DNA of 64,000 nucleotides from Pseudomonadota bacterium (GTDB lineage: Bacteria > Pseudomonadota > Alphaproteobacteria > Caulobacterales > Caulobacteraceae): NCBI GenBank assembly GCA_020161365.1, contig JAIUNU010000007.1, positions 186,853 to 250,852 of the forward strand, written 5' to 3'. The notes beneath the pieces are model-generated. The model was given only the letters and a program-made list of their open reading frames with translations. It was not told where the DNA came from and did not search any database. The position numbers were made by a program, and so were the translations under genes. Shown piece after piece: positions 30,584-43,073 of this stretch. Positions within the stretch are counted from its first letter, which is position 1. Every line of letters begins with the position of its first letter.

Positions 30584-30964
30584 CTAGTCTCTCTTCTGCT
30601 TGGGGGCGGTAGACCCGCCTCCCGTGTCTTCGCCGGCGTTCCCTTGCGGGGACGGCGCCGACGCCTGCGCGCTCAGTTTCATCGCCTTACGGACGATGGA
30701 GAAAATCGCAAGTCCCAGGCCGATCAGCAGACCGCCGACCATGCCCCAGGGACTCGTGTGGACGTAGCGGTCGAGCAGCCAGCCAAAGCCGGCCCCCACC
30801 AGTACGCCCCCGATCAAATCCGCCAGCAGACGATAGCCGTCCTGCGTGGCCCGTTCGGACTCCGCCTTGGACGGCTTTTCCGCCGCCTTCCTCGCCTCAA
30901 ATGCGGCGAGCCGAGCGTCGAGGCCTTCGAGAGCCTTTTCGTTCGGTTCGTCGGCCTTGGGCAT
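30584..30964 (-). CDS. atpI: ATP synthase protein I (AtpZ/AtpI)
   Basis: GVLVGAGFGWLLDRYVHTSPWG; first gene of the operon. Confidence 0.85.
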   Translation of the reverse strand: MPKADEPNEKALEGLDARLAAFEARKAAEKPSKAESERATQDGYRLLADLIGGVLVGAGFGWLLDRYVHTSPWGMVGGLLIGLGLAIFSIVRKAMKLSAQASAPSPQGNAGEDTGGGSTAPKQKRD

Positions 30965-31273
30965 GGGAAGCGGCAGGTCCGAAAGCGCCGAGGACGCGCC
31001 AAAACAAGGCGCTTTTCCGGCCGGCTTGATCGGCGCGGAACCTATAGACCTCGCCGCAGTGCGTCAAGGTGAGCGATTTTTCCGGCAAGTGACCGAAATA
31101 CTTAAGGATTTCGAGATCTCGCCGGCGGGCGGGCAAAACCATCCCCGGATCACGGGCTCCGGGGTCGCCCTGTTCCCGCAAGCCCGCCTTTGAACCGGCT
31201 TTGCGAGAGAGCGTTTCGATCATTTCCGGGCGTGACCCTACCAACTGTCACACGCGGGCCCTATGTAACCTGT

Positions 31274-31357
31274 GCTCTTTATGCGTCGCCCCCTCTAGGC
31301 AAGGGGCGCCGGAGCCCGATGACGCATTGATTTTTTCGTCAATCTGGGCTTAAGAGC
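31274..31357 (+). ncRNA. Candidate structured 5' leader with two alternative folds
   Basis: Pairings GCTCTT/AAGAGC, ATGCGTC/GACGCAT, CGCCCC/GGGGCG and a competing AGCCC..GACG/CGTC..GGGCT. Confidence 0.35.
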
Positions 31358-31384
31358 CGCCGCCTCCAAACAACACGAAGATTC

Positions 31385-31774
31385 ATGTCGCACCTGAAGA
31401 ACACCGGATTCGCCGATCGTATTTCTGCCCAGCAGGAAGCCAAAAAGGCCATGTTGGCCAAGTTCAAGGCCAAGCCGACGGTCCAGGATCCCGATTTCGA
31501 CAAGCGCGAAGAGCTCCGCGCCGCCGAACTCGAGGCCGTCCGCGCCGCCCGCGCTGAAGCCAAGGAAAAGGCCCGCCTCGAAGCCCTGGCCCGCCAGGAA
31601 GAGCAGATGGCCGTTAAGCGCGCCGAGCGTAAGGAGCGCAAGGCGCTCGAAGCCGCCGAGATGCGCATGCGCAAGGAAGAGAAGGCCAAGGAGCGTGACG
31701 AGCTGCGCGCCCTGGGCAAGCCGGCCAACAGCAAGGCTTCCCGCGCCCACCAGTGGGCCAGCCTTCTCGGCTAA
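31385..31774 (+). CDS. DUF6481-like small charged helical protein
   Basis: GFADRISAQQEAKKAMLAKFK and KERKA...RKEEKAKERD, with strong codon bias. Confidence 0.75.
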   Translation: MSHLKNTGFADRISAQQEAKKAMLAKFKAKPTVQDPDFDKREELRAAELEAVRAARAEAKEKARLEALARQEEQMAVKRAERKERKALEAAEMRMRKEEKAKERDELRALGKPANSKASRAHQWASLLG

Positions 31775-31785
31775 AGACGATGAGT

Positions 31786-31810
31786 GGTCCTTCGGGGCCC
31801 CTTTTTCTTT
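31786..31810 (+). terminator. Terminator of the DUF6481 gene
   Basis: GGTCC-TTCG-GGGCC followed by CCTTTTTCTTT. Confidence 0.65.
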
Positions 31811-31843
31811 GCCTCTTCGTCAGAACGGGATCATGAGGCGCCC

Positions 31844-32629
31844 ATGGGCCCTTTGCATCTCGACGTCCTGGCCAGCCTTTTCGTGGTCGCCGCCCTGGCG
31901 GGCGCGCTCGACGCCATCGCGGGCGGCGGCGGATTGATCACCTTGCCGGCCCTGCTGCTGGCCGGTCTGTCGCCGGTCCAGGCGTTGGGCACCAACAAAC
32001 TGCAAGGCGCGGTCAGCGCCATCTCCTCGACCAGCGCCTTCGCCCGGCGGGGCCTGATCGACTGGAAGACCGCCCTGCCGGTGGCGGGCGCTGCCGCGCT
32101 CGCCGGCCTCTGCGGCGCGCTGTGCGCCAGTCTGCTGTCGCCGGAGCTGCTGCGTGCGGTCGTGCCGCTGCTGCTGATCGCCATCGCGCTCTATTTCGGC
32201 TTCTCCCGGGCCATCAAGGCCGACGACGTCCAGCCGCGCGTGGCGCTCATCCCCTTCGCCTGCTTCATCGCGCCCTTGGTCGGCTTCTATGACGGCATCT
32301 TCGGCCCGGGGGCGGGCGCCTTCTACATGGTCGCCATCGTCACCCTGCTGGGCTACGGCGCGCTGAAGGCCACGGCGCATACGAAGCTCGCCAACGCCGC
32401 CAGCAACCTGGGCAGCCTGATCCTCTTCACGCTGAAGGGCGCGGTCGTTTGGCCCGTGGGCCTCGCCATGGCCGCAGGGGCGTTCCTCGGCGCGCAGGTC
32501 GGCTCGCGCCTGGCCATGCGGTTTGGGCCCAAGCTGATCCGACCGCTGCTGGTGGTGATCTCGTGCGCCATGGCTGTGAAGCTGCTGGCTGATCCGGCCA
32601 ATCCGCTGCGGACGGCGATGGGATTTTAA
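31844..32629 (+). CDS. TSUP (TauE/SafE, YfcA-like) transporter
   Basis: DAIAGGGGLI, GTNKLQ, GFYDGIFGPGAG, TKLANAASN. Confidence 0.9.
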   Translation: MGPLHLDVLASLFVVAALAGALDAIAGGGGLITLPALLLAGLSPVQALGTNKLQGAVSAISSTSAFARRGLIDWKTALPVAGAAALAGLCGALCASLLSPELLRAVVPLLLIAIALYFGFSRAIKADDVQPRVALIPFACFIAPLVGFYDGIFGPGAGAFYMVAIVTLLGYGALKATAHTKLANAASNLGSLILFTLKGAVVWPVGLAMAAGAFLGAQVGSRLAMRFGPKLIRPLLVVISCAMAVKLLADPANPLRTAMGF

Positions 32630-32743
32630 ATCCTCCCCCAAGAGGGGGAGGTGGCCTGAAGGGCCGGAGGGGGAAGTCCTGCCGAGCCGGCCTCGCCCCT
32701 CTCCGTCGGCTGCGCCGACACCTCTCCCACAGAGAGAGGATTT
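32628..32743. repeat. Palindromic intergenic repeat (CCTCCCCC..GGGGGAGG type)
   Basis: Terminal inverted repeat AAATCCTC/GAGGATTT with internal hairpins; fills the whole gap between two stop codons. Confidence 0.7.
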
Positions 32744-35700
32744 TCAAGCCGCCACCAGCTTTTCCGCCGTGCTCAGGTCCACGCTGACCAGCTGGCTGAC
32801 GCCGCGCTCGGCCATGGTCACGCCGAACAGGCGGTCCATCCGGCTCATGGTCACAGGGTTATGGGTGATGGCGATGAAGCGCGTCTGGGTGCGGCGGCGC
32901 ATCTCGTCCAGCATGTTGCAGTAGCGGTCGACATTGGCGTCATCGAGCGGGGCGTCGACTTCGTCCAGCACGCAGATCGGCGCCGGATTGGCCAGGAACA
33001 CGCCGAAGATCAGGGCGCTGGCGGTCAGGGCCTGCTCGCCGCCGCTCATCAGGCTCATGCTGGCCATGCGCTTGCCGGGCGGGCAGGCGAAGATCTCCAG
33101 GCCCGCTTCCAACGGATCGTCGCTTTCGATCAGCTTCAACTCGGCCTGCCCGCCGCCGAACAGCGCCTGGAAGAGGGTCTGGAAGTTGGCGTTGATCACG
33201 TCGAACGCGGCCAGCAGGCGCTCGCGGCCTTCGGCGTTCAGTTCCTCGATCCCGGCCCGCAGCTTGGTCACCGCCCCCGAGAGGTCGGCCCGCTCGACGC
33301 GCATCGTCTCGAGACGACCGGCATATTCCTGCGCCTCCTCCTCGGCGCGCAGGTTCACCGGACCGATCGCGTCACGCTCGCGCTCCAGGGCGAACAGGTG
33401 GGCCTCGACCCCGGCGGCGTCCTTGGGCACGGCGACGGCCTCGCCGGCGACATGGCGCCCCAGCTCCTCAGGCTCCATCCGGGCCTGTTCGCGGATAGCT
33501 GCGGCGACCTCGGCGAAGCGCTGGCGGGCGCCGTCCAGATGCGCGACCAGCGCCGCGCGCTTCTCACGCGCCTCGCCGGCGGCCTGCTCGGCGGCGCGCG
33601 CGGCGCGGTCGGCGTTCAGGCGTGTGGTCTCGGCGGTCTCCAGGGCGTCGCTGGCCTTGGCGCGGCGCGCCTCGGCGGCCGCGAACTCGTCGAGCAGGGC
33701 GAGCAGCTTTTCCTGAAGGGCCGCCGGGGCCTCGCGGGCGGCTTCCAGCGCGGCGGCGGCTTTCACCCGGTCGCCGTCCAGAGCCTCGGATCGCTTGGCG
33801 GCGGCCTCGGCGCGCTTACCCCAGTCGGCGCGGTCGCGGTCCAGACTTTCGAGGCGGCGCTGACGGCCGGCGCGCTCGCGGGTCTCGACATCGAGGGCGG
33901 TCCGCGCGGCGCTCGCGGCTTCGCGCGCCTGTGCGGCCGCCTGCCGGGCCTCGGTGAGCTGCGGCTGCAGGTCGCCCGTGGTCTGGGTGGCGGCGTGGGC
34001 CTCTTGGGCCTGGGTAAGCGCGGCGTCGGCCTCGACCTTTTCAGCCTCAAAGCGGGCGATCGTGTCGTCCAGCGATTGAGCGCGCGCCGCTCGAAGCGCC
34101 TGGTCGCGTTCGAACTTGGCGACCTGCTCACGCGCCTGGGTGAGCAGCCGCTCGGCGTCGGGCGGACCCCGGCGTTTGTCGCGGAGCAGGTCCTCGGCCG
34201 CGCGCAGGCGATCAGCGGCCGATTTCAGCGCGATGGTCGTGGCCTCGGCGCGGGGCGCCATGACGTCGATCTCGGCCTCGACCTCGGCCAGACGCGTGCG
34301 CTGCTCCAGCCGCACGGCGGCAGGGCGGGGCGCATCGGCGCGGGCGACGAAGCCGTCCCAGCGCCACAGGTCGCCGTCTTTCGAGACCAGACGCATGCCC
34401 GGCTTAAGCGCTTTCTGCAGCCGATCGCCGTTGGCGCGGGTCACCACGGCCACGTGCGACAGGCGCGCGGCCAGGGCCGGCGGCGCCTTGACCAGCGGCG
34501 CCAGGGGCTCGGCGCCCTCGGGCCACACGGGCGCGGGCGCCTCGGCGCCGCCCCAGTACGAGGGCGCCTTCGGATCGAGCGCCGCGTCGAGATCATCGCC
34601 TAGAGCCGCAGCCAGGGCCGCGCCATAGCCCTTGTCGGGCGAGACGCTGTCCAGCGCCGGCGCGTGGCCGCTCTTGGTGCGCGGGGCGGTCAACTGCGCC
34701 AGCCCCCGCGCCTCGGTCCGGAGCCGGCCCAACTGGTCCTCGACGCTGCGCGCCAGCTGACGGGCCTGGGCTTCCTGTTCGGCGGCCTTCACGCGCGCGG
34801 TCTCGGCCTCCTCCAGCGCGGCGCGGGCGGCGGCGAGGGCGGCCTCGGCGTTGGCGAAGCGCTGGCGGGCGTCGGCGGCGGCCGGGTCGACCTCGGGACC
34901 GACGGCGGCGCGCTCGGCGCGGGCCTGATCCAGCGCGCGATTGGTGCGGTTGGCGCGTGCTTCAGCCTCGGAAAGGCGCGCAGCGGCGGCGCGGCCCTGC
35001 GCCTCTTCGGCGGCCACGCGAGCGGCCAGTTGCTCGACGGCGGCCTCGGCGGCGGCGCGGGCCTCCTCGGCGGCCTTGGCTGCGGCGGCCAGTTCAGGAC
35101 CGCGCTCCGGTGCTGCGGCGACGAGGGCGCGGACTTCCTCCAGTTCAGGCTCGATCCGGGCGAGGGCGGCGGCGGCGTCGTCCTTGGCCTGGGCTTCGCG
35201 GGCGCGGTCGGCGTCGATGCGGGCCAGGTCGTTCGACAGACGCTCGAACTCGGCGGCGGCGGCCTCGGCCTCGCGCTCGGCCCGGTCCTTCTGGATTGCC
35301 AGCTGGCCGAGGATCGCCTGGGCGATGGTCGCCTCTTCGCGCAGCGGCGGCATGGCGGCTTCCGCCTCGGTGATCGCCACCTGCGCGGCGGCGCTGGCGC
35401 GGGCGGTCTCTTCGACGAGGCGCGCGGCGGCCGTGGCCTCGCTGGTGGTGCGCTCCAGGTGGTCGCGGGCCTCGGACCAGCGCGCGTAGAGCACCGCGCC
35501 CTGCACGGCGCGGATCTCGGCCGACAGGCGCTTGTACTTCTCAGCCTGACGGGCCTCGCGGCGAAGCCGGTTCAGCGCGGTTTCCAGCTCGCGCGCCACG
35601 TCCTCCAGGCGCGAGAGGTTGGTCTCGGCGGCCCGCAGGCGCAGTTCGGCCTCATGGCGGCGCGTGTGCAGGCCTGAGACCCCGGCGGCCTCTTCCAGGA

Positions 35701-36187
35701 TGCGGCGGCGGTTCTGCGGTTTGGCGCCGATCAGCTCGCTGATCTGGCCCTGGCGCACCAGGGCCGGCGAGTTGGCGCCGGTCGAGGCGTCGGCGAACAG
35801 CAGCTGGACGTCGCGCGCGCGCACCTCGCGGCCGTTGATGCGATAGGTGGAGCCTTCGCCGCGATCGATCCGCCGGACCACCTCCAGCACGGGATCGTCA
35901 TTGAACTGGGCCGGCGCGGTGCGGTCGGCATTGTCGATGGTCAGGGTGACGTCGGCGTGGTTGCGAGCCGGGCGCGCGCCGCTGCCGGCGAAGATCACGT
36001 CGTCCATGCCGCCGGCCCGCATGGCCTTGGCGGAGTTGGCGCCCATCACCCAGCGCAGCGCTTCCAAGAGGTTGGACTTGCCGCAGCCGTTCGGCCCGAC
36101 GATGCCAGTCAGCCCGGGCTCGATCCGGAACTCGGTCGGTTCGACGAAGGACTTGAAGCCCGAGAGGCGGAGGCGCTGGAACTGCAC
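32744..36187 (-). CDS. smc: Chromosome segregation protein SMC
   Basis: GPNGCGKSN Walker A, long coiled coils, hinge, MSGGEQ signature, LDEVDAPLD. Confidence 0.97.
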   Translation of the reverse strand: MQFQRLRLSGFKSFVEPTEFRIEPGLTGIVGPNGCGKSNLLEALRWVMGANSAKAMRAGGMDDVIFAGSGARPARNHADVTLTIDNADRTAPAQFNDDPVLEVVRRIDRGEGSTYRINGREVRARDVQLLFADASTGANSPALVRQGQISELIGAKPQNRRRILEEAAGVSGLHTRRHEAELRLRAAETNLSRLEDVARELETALNRLRREARQAEKYKRLSAEIRAVQGAVLYARWSEARDHLERTTSEATAAARLVEETARASAAAQVAITEAEAAMPPLREEATIAQAILGQLAIQKDRAEREAEAAAAEFERLSNDLARIDADRAREAQAKDDAAAALARIEPELEEVRALVAAAPERGPELAAAAKAAEEARAAAEAAVEQLAARVAAEEAQGRAAAARLSEAEARANRTNRALDQARAERAAVGPEVDPAAADARQRFANAEAALAAARAALEEAETARVKAAEQEAQARQLARSVEDQLGRLRTEARGLAQLTAPRTKSGHAPALDSVSPDKGYGAALAAALGDDLDAALDPKAPSYWGGAEAPAPVWPEGAEPLAPLVKAPPALAARLSHVAVVTRANGDRLQKALKPGMRLVSKDGDLWRWDGFVARADAPRPAAVRLEQRTRLAEVEAEIDVMAPRAEATTIALKSAADRLRAAEDLLRDKRRGPPDAERLLTQAREQVAKFERDQALRAARAQSLDDTIARFEAEKVEADAALTQAQEAHAATQTTGDLQPQLTEARQAAAQAREAASAARTALDVETRERAGRQRRLESLDRDRADWGKRAEAAAKRSEALDGDRVKAAAALEAAREAPAALQEKLLALLDEFAAAEARRAKASDALETAETTRLNADRAARAAEQAAGEAREKRAALVAHLDGARQRFAEVAAAIREQARMEPEELGRHVAGEAVAVPKDAAGVEAHLFALERERDAIGPVNLRAEEEAQEYAGRLETMRVERADLSGAVTKLRAGIEELNAEGRERLLAAFDVINANFQTLFQALFGGGQAELKLIESDDPLEAGLEIFACPPGKRMASMSLMSGGEQALTASALIFGVFLANPAPICVLDEVDAPLDDANVDRYCNMLDEMRRRTQTRFIAITHNPVTMSRMDRLFGVTMAERGVSQLVSVDLSTAEKLVAA

Positions 36188-36208
36188 GGAGGCGGTCCCT
36201 TCCGATCC

Positions 36209-36817
36209 CTAGCCCTTCGCCGCCAGGGCGAAGATCTTCGACAGCGCCGCGACATCGGCCTCGCCTTCATAGGGCGCGCCATTGACGAAGAAGGTTGGGG
36301 TGACCTCGACCTGATCCTCGCCAATCGCCCGGCGGAAGCGGGTGTTGACCCCGTCCAGCGCCTTGGTGTCGTTCATGGCGGCGGTGAACTGAGCTTCGGT
36401 CAGGCCGTATTGCTGGGCGATCGCCAGCAGGCCTTCCCACAGGCGTCCGCTCTCATAGATCGCCGCCTGCTTCTGGAAGACGGTCGTGAGGACCTCGAAA
36501 TATTTCCCCGGCACGCGCCGGGCCAGCAGGAAGCCGGCGGCGGCGAACTCGTTGGGCGGGGTCAGGAACTCGCGGAAGACGAGGCGCACCTTGCCGGTGT
36601 CGATAAAGGTCTTGCGGATCGCCGGCAGCTCGGTGGTCCACCAGTGGGCGCAGTGATTGCAGCTGGCCGAGGCGTAGACGACGAACTGGACGGGCGCGGT
36701 CGCCGCGCCCATCACCATGTCGCCAGGCGCGGGCGGCAGCGACCGGGCGCGCCCGACCGAAGGCCTCGCCGAGAGGGCGAGGCCGCCAGCGATCAGGATG
36801 CGCCGGTCGAACGCCAT
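36209..36817 (-). CDS. DsbA-family thioredoxin-fold protein with a twin-arginine-like N-terminus
   Basis: YASASCNHCA, FREF, TPTFFVNG; N-terminus MAFDRRILIAGG. Confidence 0.85.
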   Translation of the reverse strand: MAFDRRILIAGGLALSARPSVGRARSLPPAPGDMVMGAATAPVQFVVYASASCNHCAHWWTTELPAIRKTFIDTGKVRLVFREFLTPPNEFAAAGFLLARRVPGKYFEVLTTVFQKQAAIYESGRLWEGLLAIAQQYGLTEAQFTAAMNDTKALDGVNTRFRRAIGEDQVEVTPTFFVNGAPYEGEADVAALSKIFALAAKG

Positions 36818-37431
36818 TACTTCGAGGCTTCCGCGATCGCGGCGTCCAGTTGGGCCAGCGTCTGCTCGCCGCCCTCTTCGCCGCCCAGGCGCTTGCCGTT
36901 GACCTCGAAGGTCGGCGTGCCGCGGATGTTGTTGTCCGACATCATCTTCTCGATGCGCTCGGCCGACTTGGCGGCGTTCTCGTCGCTGAGGCAGGCGTTG
37001 AACTGGGCTTCGTTCATGCCGGCGGCCTGGGCGATGGTCAGCAGCTCGCCGCGGATGTCGCCGCTGGTGAAGATGTTGCGCTGGGCGCGGTACAGCGCCT
37101 CGGTGACCTGGAAGTACTTATCCTTGCCGGCGCAGCGGGCCAGCATGGCGCCGGCGTTGGCCAGGCGCGGTTCGCCGGTCAGGGCGTCGCGGTGGACGTA
37201 CTTGACCTTGCCGGTGTCGATGTACTTGGCCTTGAAGGCCGGGAAGACTTCGGCGTTCCAGTCGGCGCAGTGCGGGCACGCGACCGAGGCGTACTCGATG
37301 ACCGTGACCTTGGCGTTCGGGTCGCCCAGGACCATGTCCTCGGCCGTGACCGCCGTGCTCTTGGGCGAGCAGGCTGCGAGGCTGGCCGCGAGGGCGGCGA
37401 CGATGGTGACTCGGCTGATCAGCGAACGCAT
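36817..37431 (-). CDS. dsbA: DsbA-family thiol:disulfide oxidoreductase (lipoprotein-like)
   Basis: LAAC lipobox, YASVACPHCA, GTPTFEVNG. TAATG coupling to the downstream paralogue. Confidence 0.85.
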   Translation of the reverse strand: MRSLISRVTIVAALAASLAACSPKSTAVTAEDMVLGDPNAKVTVIEYASVACPHCADWNAEVFPAFKAKYIDTGKVKYVHRDALTGEPRLANAGAMLARCAGKDKYFQVTEALYRAQRNIFTSGDIRGELLTIAQAAGMNEAQFNACLSDENAAKSAERIEKMMSDNNIRGTPTFEVNGKRLGGEEGGEQTLAQLDAAIAEASK

Positions 37432-37556
37432 GAAATGGCCCCTTGGCGGTCGTTGGAGAGGTTAAACCCGATTCTCGTTAGGCAGCGAAAAAGGCGCAAC
37501 CGTGACGGCTCCAAGAGCGTGAGCCAGCCGTCCTTGTCAATGGTCCGATCCAGCCT

Positions 37557-38096
37557 CTAGCGCTCGGAGGACAGAACCCCGCGACCCAGCTTAAGCAGCG
37601 CTTGCTTTAGCGCCCCGTCGGGCTGTTCGGCCAGACTGTCGGCCAGCTGCTTTTCCAGCGCCGCGTCCAGCGGCGGCTTGCGGCGCAGGCGCGTGGACGG
37701 CGCGGTGGCGGGCGCCTTGACCGGGCCCTGTACGATCCGCAGGCGGGTGACCACGCCCTTGCCCAGCAGCATGTCGAGCCGCGCGGTGATCTGCGGCGCC
37801 TGATGCTGGATCAGCGAGGCGACTGGCCCGTCGACCCGCAGTTCCAGGGCCCCGCCTTCGCCGTTGCGGCCCTTGATGATGCGCACCGGTTCGGTGCGGC
37901 GCGCCAGGGTGTCGCCGACGATCTCCTTCCAGCGCGCCTGCAGGGCGGCGGGACCCTTGCCGAAGCGGTCTTCCAGGTCCTTGAGCAACGGGGCGAGGTT
38001 CTTGCCGGCCGGCGGCGGCGGACGGCGCTGAGGCTTGGTCCGCTTGCTGCGCAGGATCGCGATGGCTTCTTCCGGCGTGGGCAAGGGGCGACGCAT
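37557..38096 (-). CDS. dciA: DUF721/DciA replicative helicase loader
   Basis: ARWKEIVG...RTEPVRI...LELRV...IQHQAPQITARLD DUF721 pattern; typical position next to mutY, dsbA and smc. Confidence 0.8.
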   Translation of the reverse strand: MRRPLPTPEEAIAILRSKRTKPQRRPPPPAGKNLAPLLKDLEDRFGKGPAALQARWKEIVGDTLARRTEPVRIIKGRNGEGGALELRVDGPVASLIQHQAPQITARLDMLLGKGVVTRLRIVQGPVKAPATAPSTRLRRKPPLDAALEKQLADSLAEQPDGALKQALLKLGRGVLSSER

Positions 38097-38142
38097 GGAA
38101 GGAAACTAGCATGACGCCGCCGGTTCGCGGTAGGCGAGGGGC

Positions 38143-40271
<2,129 letters not shown>

Positions 40272-40286
40272 TCAAGAAAGAGAACG

Positions 40287-40386
40287 GAATCATGAGTCTT
40301 TCTGGTAAATCCGGTGTTGAGAGACGTGGTTACCGGGCCGTTAACCACGGCGTTTCAGGCGCTTTTGAGTCTGATCAGACTCAAAA
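40287..40386 (-). promoter_or_regulatory. ccrM promoter region: CtrA box and four GANTC sites
   Basis: TTAA-CGGCCCG-GTAAC (minus strand, 40329-40345). GANTC at 40287, 40294, 40367 and 40378; the last two sit in a perfect 24-bp palindrome at 40363-40386. Confidence 0.85.
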
Positions 40387-40397
40387 CCTGTGGACGA

Positions 40398-41033
40398 TCA
40401 GAGGTCTAGCTCGCCATTAACCGCCAACTCGGCCAGCGCCGCCTTCACCGGCGCCCAGCCCAGGCGGTGGATCGGCGAGGGGCCCAGGCGCCGCAGGCCC
40501 TCCACATGGATCGGCGCGTGGTAACCCTTGTGGCCGGCGAAGCCGTAGCCGGGATAGAGCGCGTCCATCTCGATCATGATCCGGTCCCGGGCCTCCTTGG
40601 CCAGGATCGAGGCGGCCGCGATCGAGCACGACAGGCTGTCGCCCTTGACCACGGTCTTGATCGGGCAGGGCAGCTTGAAGGCGTAGTTGCCGTCCACGAG
40701 CGCGAAGGCCGGGGTAACCGACAGGCCCTCGATGGCCCGGCACATGGCCAGGCCCGCCGCGTGCAGGATGTTGAGCTTGGCGATCTCCTCGATCGAGGCG
40801 AGGCCCACGCACCAGGCGATGGCGACGTCCTTGATTTCCTCTTCGAGGGCCGCACGGGCCTTGGCCGAGAGCTTCTTGGAGTCGTTGAGGCCCTTGGGGA
40901 TGCGGTCGGGATCCAGGATCACCGCCCCGGCGCTCACGGGGCCCGCCCACGGGCCGCGCCCGGCCTCGTCCACCCCGCAGACCGGTCCCGGTCCGCAGGC
41001 CAGTTCCAGCATCATGTCGGGTCCGGGCGGCAT
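40398..41033 (-). CDS. rnhB: Ribonuclease HII
   Basis: [21 protein letters not shown]...[13 protein letters not shown]. Confidence 0.96.
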   Translation of the reverse strand: MPPGPDMMLELACGPGPVCGVDEAGRGPWAGPVSAGAVILDPDRIPKGLNDSKKLSAKARAALEEEIKDVAIAWCVGLASIEEIAKLNILHAAGLAMCRAIEGLSVTPAFALVDGNYAFKLPCPIKTVVKGDSLSCSIAAASILAKEARDRIMIEMDALYPGYGFAGHKGYHAPIHVEGLRRLGPSPIHRLGWAPVKAALAELAVNGELDL

Positions 41034-41119
41034 GGGGGCTGTTTAGGCCGGTTCGGTGCGTATGTGAATGTGTCGGGACGCGGGTGGAGCGGCTCGCCCG
41101 ATGCCGTTAGGGTCGCCCC

Positions 41120-42025
41120 ATGCCAGGTCCCATCGCAGCCCTCCTCGCCCTCTGCGCCGCCCTGCTGGTGGCCGGACCGGTCCATGCTCAGGACGACTGG
41201 ACGCTGGTCTGGTCCGACGAGTTCAACGGGACCGCTCTGGACGCCGCCAAGTGGACGCCGGCGGCCGATTGCGGCGGCGGCGGCAACGACGAGCGGCAAT
41301 GCTATGTCGTGAGTCCCGAGACCCTTTCGGTGAAGGACGGCGCGCTGCGGCTGACGGCGATCAAGCGCAAGACGCGGGGTCTGGCCAATCCGTGGGCCGG
41401 ACCGACGGGGCCGATGAAGACCGGCGACTACGCCTCCGGCAAGATCGTCACCCAGGGTAAGTTCAGCTGGCGTTATGGCCGCGTCGAGGCCCGTGCGCGG
41501 GTTCCGGGCGGGCAGGGCGTCTGGCCGGCGATCTGGATGATGCCGGAGCTTTCACTGTACGGCGGCTGGCCTAGGTCCGGCGAGATCGACATCCTGGAAA
41601 CGGTGAACCTCGGCGCGCCGTGCCCGCCGTCGGGCGAGGCCTGCGCGGACGGCCGCGAGAACCGCGTGTTCGGTACGATCCACTTCGCCGCCGATGCGGC
41701 CGGGACCCACAAGCAAGTCAGCGCCAGCACGCCCCTGCCGGCCGCGCCGGACGGCTTCCATGTCTATGTGGTAGAATGGTCGCCCGAGGCGATCATCTGG
41801 TTCCTGGACGGCCGAGAATACGCCCGCGCCACGCCGCAGGACTGGAAACGCGACAATCAGCCGGCCAGCGCCGCGCCGTTCGACCAGCCGTTCCACCTGG
41901 TCATCAACCTCGCCTTCGGCGGCCGCTGGCCCGAGAGCGCCAACGCCAAGGGCATCGACGAATCCGCCCTCCCGGCGACGCTGGAGGTGGATTGGGTGCG
42001 CGTCAGCCAACGGATCGGGGGCTAG
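41120..42025 (+). CDS. Secreted glycoside hydrolase family 16 (beta-glucanase-like)
   Basis: Signal peptide, WSDEF, GVWPAIWM, GEIDILE catalytic motif, FHVY, DWVRV. Confidence 0.9.
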   Translation: MPGPIAALLALCAALLVAGPVHAQDDWTLVWSDEFNGTALDAAKWTPAADCGGGGNDERQCYVVSPETLSVKDGALRLTAIKRKTRGLANPWAGPTGPMKTGDYASGKIVTQGKFSWRYGRVEARARVPGGQGVWPAIWMMPELSLYGGWPRSGEIDILETVNLGAPCPPSGEACADGRENRVFGTIHFAADAAGTHKQVSASTPLPAAPDGFHVYVVEWSPEAIIWFLDGREYARATPQDWKRDNQPASAAPFDQPFHLVINLAFGGRWPESANAKGIDESALPATLEVDWVRVSQRIGG

Positions 42026-42035
42026 CGGCAGGGCC

Positions 42036-43073
42036 TCACTGGGGCCGCGCCGCCTTGACGACGTCCAGCACCGCCTCGATCACCACCTGCGGCTTCTGCA
42101 GTTGGACGAGATGCCCCGCCCCCTCGGCGACGCGACGTTCGCCCTGACGGGACAGTTTGGCCAGGGTTTTGTGGCTGTCTGTCCAGTCGGCGAACAGGGC
42201 CGCGTGCTCGTCCCGGGCGTCGGGACTCCAGAGACCGCCGTCGGCCGCCGCGCCGGCGCTGACGACGATCAGCGGCAGGTCGCCCCAGTCTCGCCCGTCG
42301 CGCGCGACGCGTTCGCCGTTCGGTTCATACTCTTCGTACAGAGAGGCCTGAGCACGGAGCCGGGCGGGTTCGGCGTCACGGCGCGCCAGCGCCGTCTGAG
42401 CGGCGGTCGGGATCTCCGGATAGTATTGAAAGCACGGGGCGGCGGGCGCGCCGGTCTTGACTGTTCCAGCCTCGATCCCCGCCGCGCAATCGCGTAGGCG
42501 CTTGGTTTCGGAAGCGAAATAGGCGCGATCCGCAGCGGCGGCTTTGGGGCCGGCCTTGGCCTCGCGCGCCATGTCATGCGGCCGGGTCGGATCGACGAAC
42601 ACCACGCCGGCGGCCTGATCCCGGTGACGGTCGACAAAGGTCAGGGTCTCGAACGCGCCGGCCGAATGGCCGACCAGCACAAAGGGTCCGCGCTCGCCCG
42701 CCGCCGCCAGGGCCTTGGCCAGGTCCTGCGTCGTCTGGTCCGAGGTCTGGGCGTTCTGAGCGTCTCCGTCGCTCAGGCCAAAGCCCGCGCGGTCCCAGGC
42801 GCAGGCGCGGGTGGTCTTGGCGACCTCGGGCTGCACCAGCGCCCAACTGCCCGACCAGCCGCCAAGGCCGGCGGTGAAGACAACGGTCGGTGAGCCCGAT
42901 CCCAGGCAGTGAATGTGAATCCGGCGACCGGCCTCGACCTCCACCAGACCAGTCGGTTCGACATAGGCGTTCATCGCTTCCACGACAGGCACGTCTTGGA
43001 TGACCTGCGCCTGTGCGCTGACCGCCCCACAAGCCAGCGCCGCAGCCACGCCGACGATATGCTTGCCCACCAT
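42036..43073 (-). CDS. Exported alpha/beta hydrolase
   Basis: Signal-like N-terminus, CAWDRAGFG, VGHSAG, GAGHLV. Confidence 0.85.
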   Translation of the reverse strand: MVGKHIVGVAAALACGAVSAQAQVIQDVPVVEAMNAYVEPTGLVEVEAGRRIHIHCLGSGSPTVVFTAGLGGWSGSWALVQPEVAKTTRACAWDRAGFGLSDGDAQNAQTSDQTTQDLAKALAAAGERGPFVLVGHSAGAFETLTFVDRHRDQAAGVVFVDPTRPHDMAREAKAGPKAAAADRAYFASETKRLRDCAAGIEAGTVKTGAPAAPCFQYYPEIPTAAQTALARRDAEPARLRAQASLYEEYEPNGERVARDGRDWGDLPLIVVSAGAAADGGLWSPDARDEHAALFADWTDSHKTLAKLSRQGERRVAEGAGHLVQLQKPQVVIEAVLDVVKAARPQ

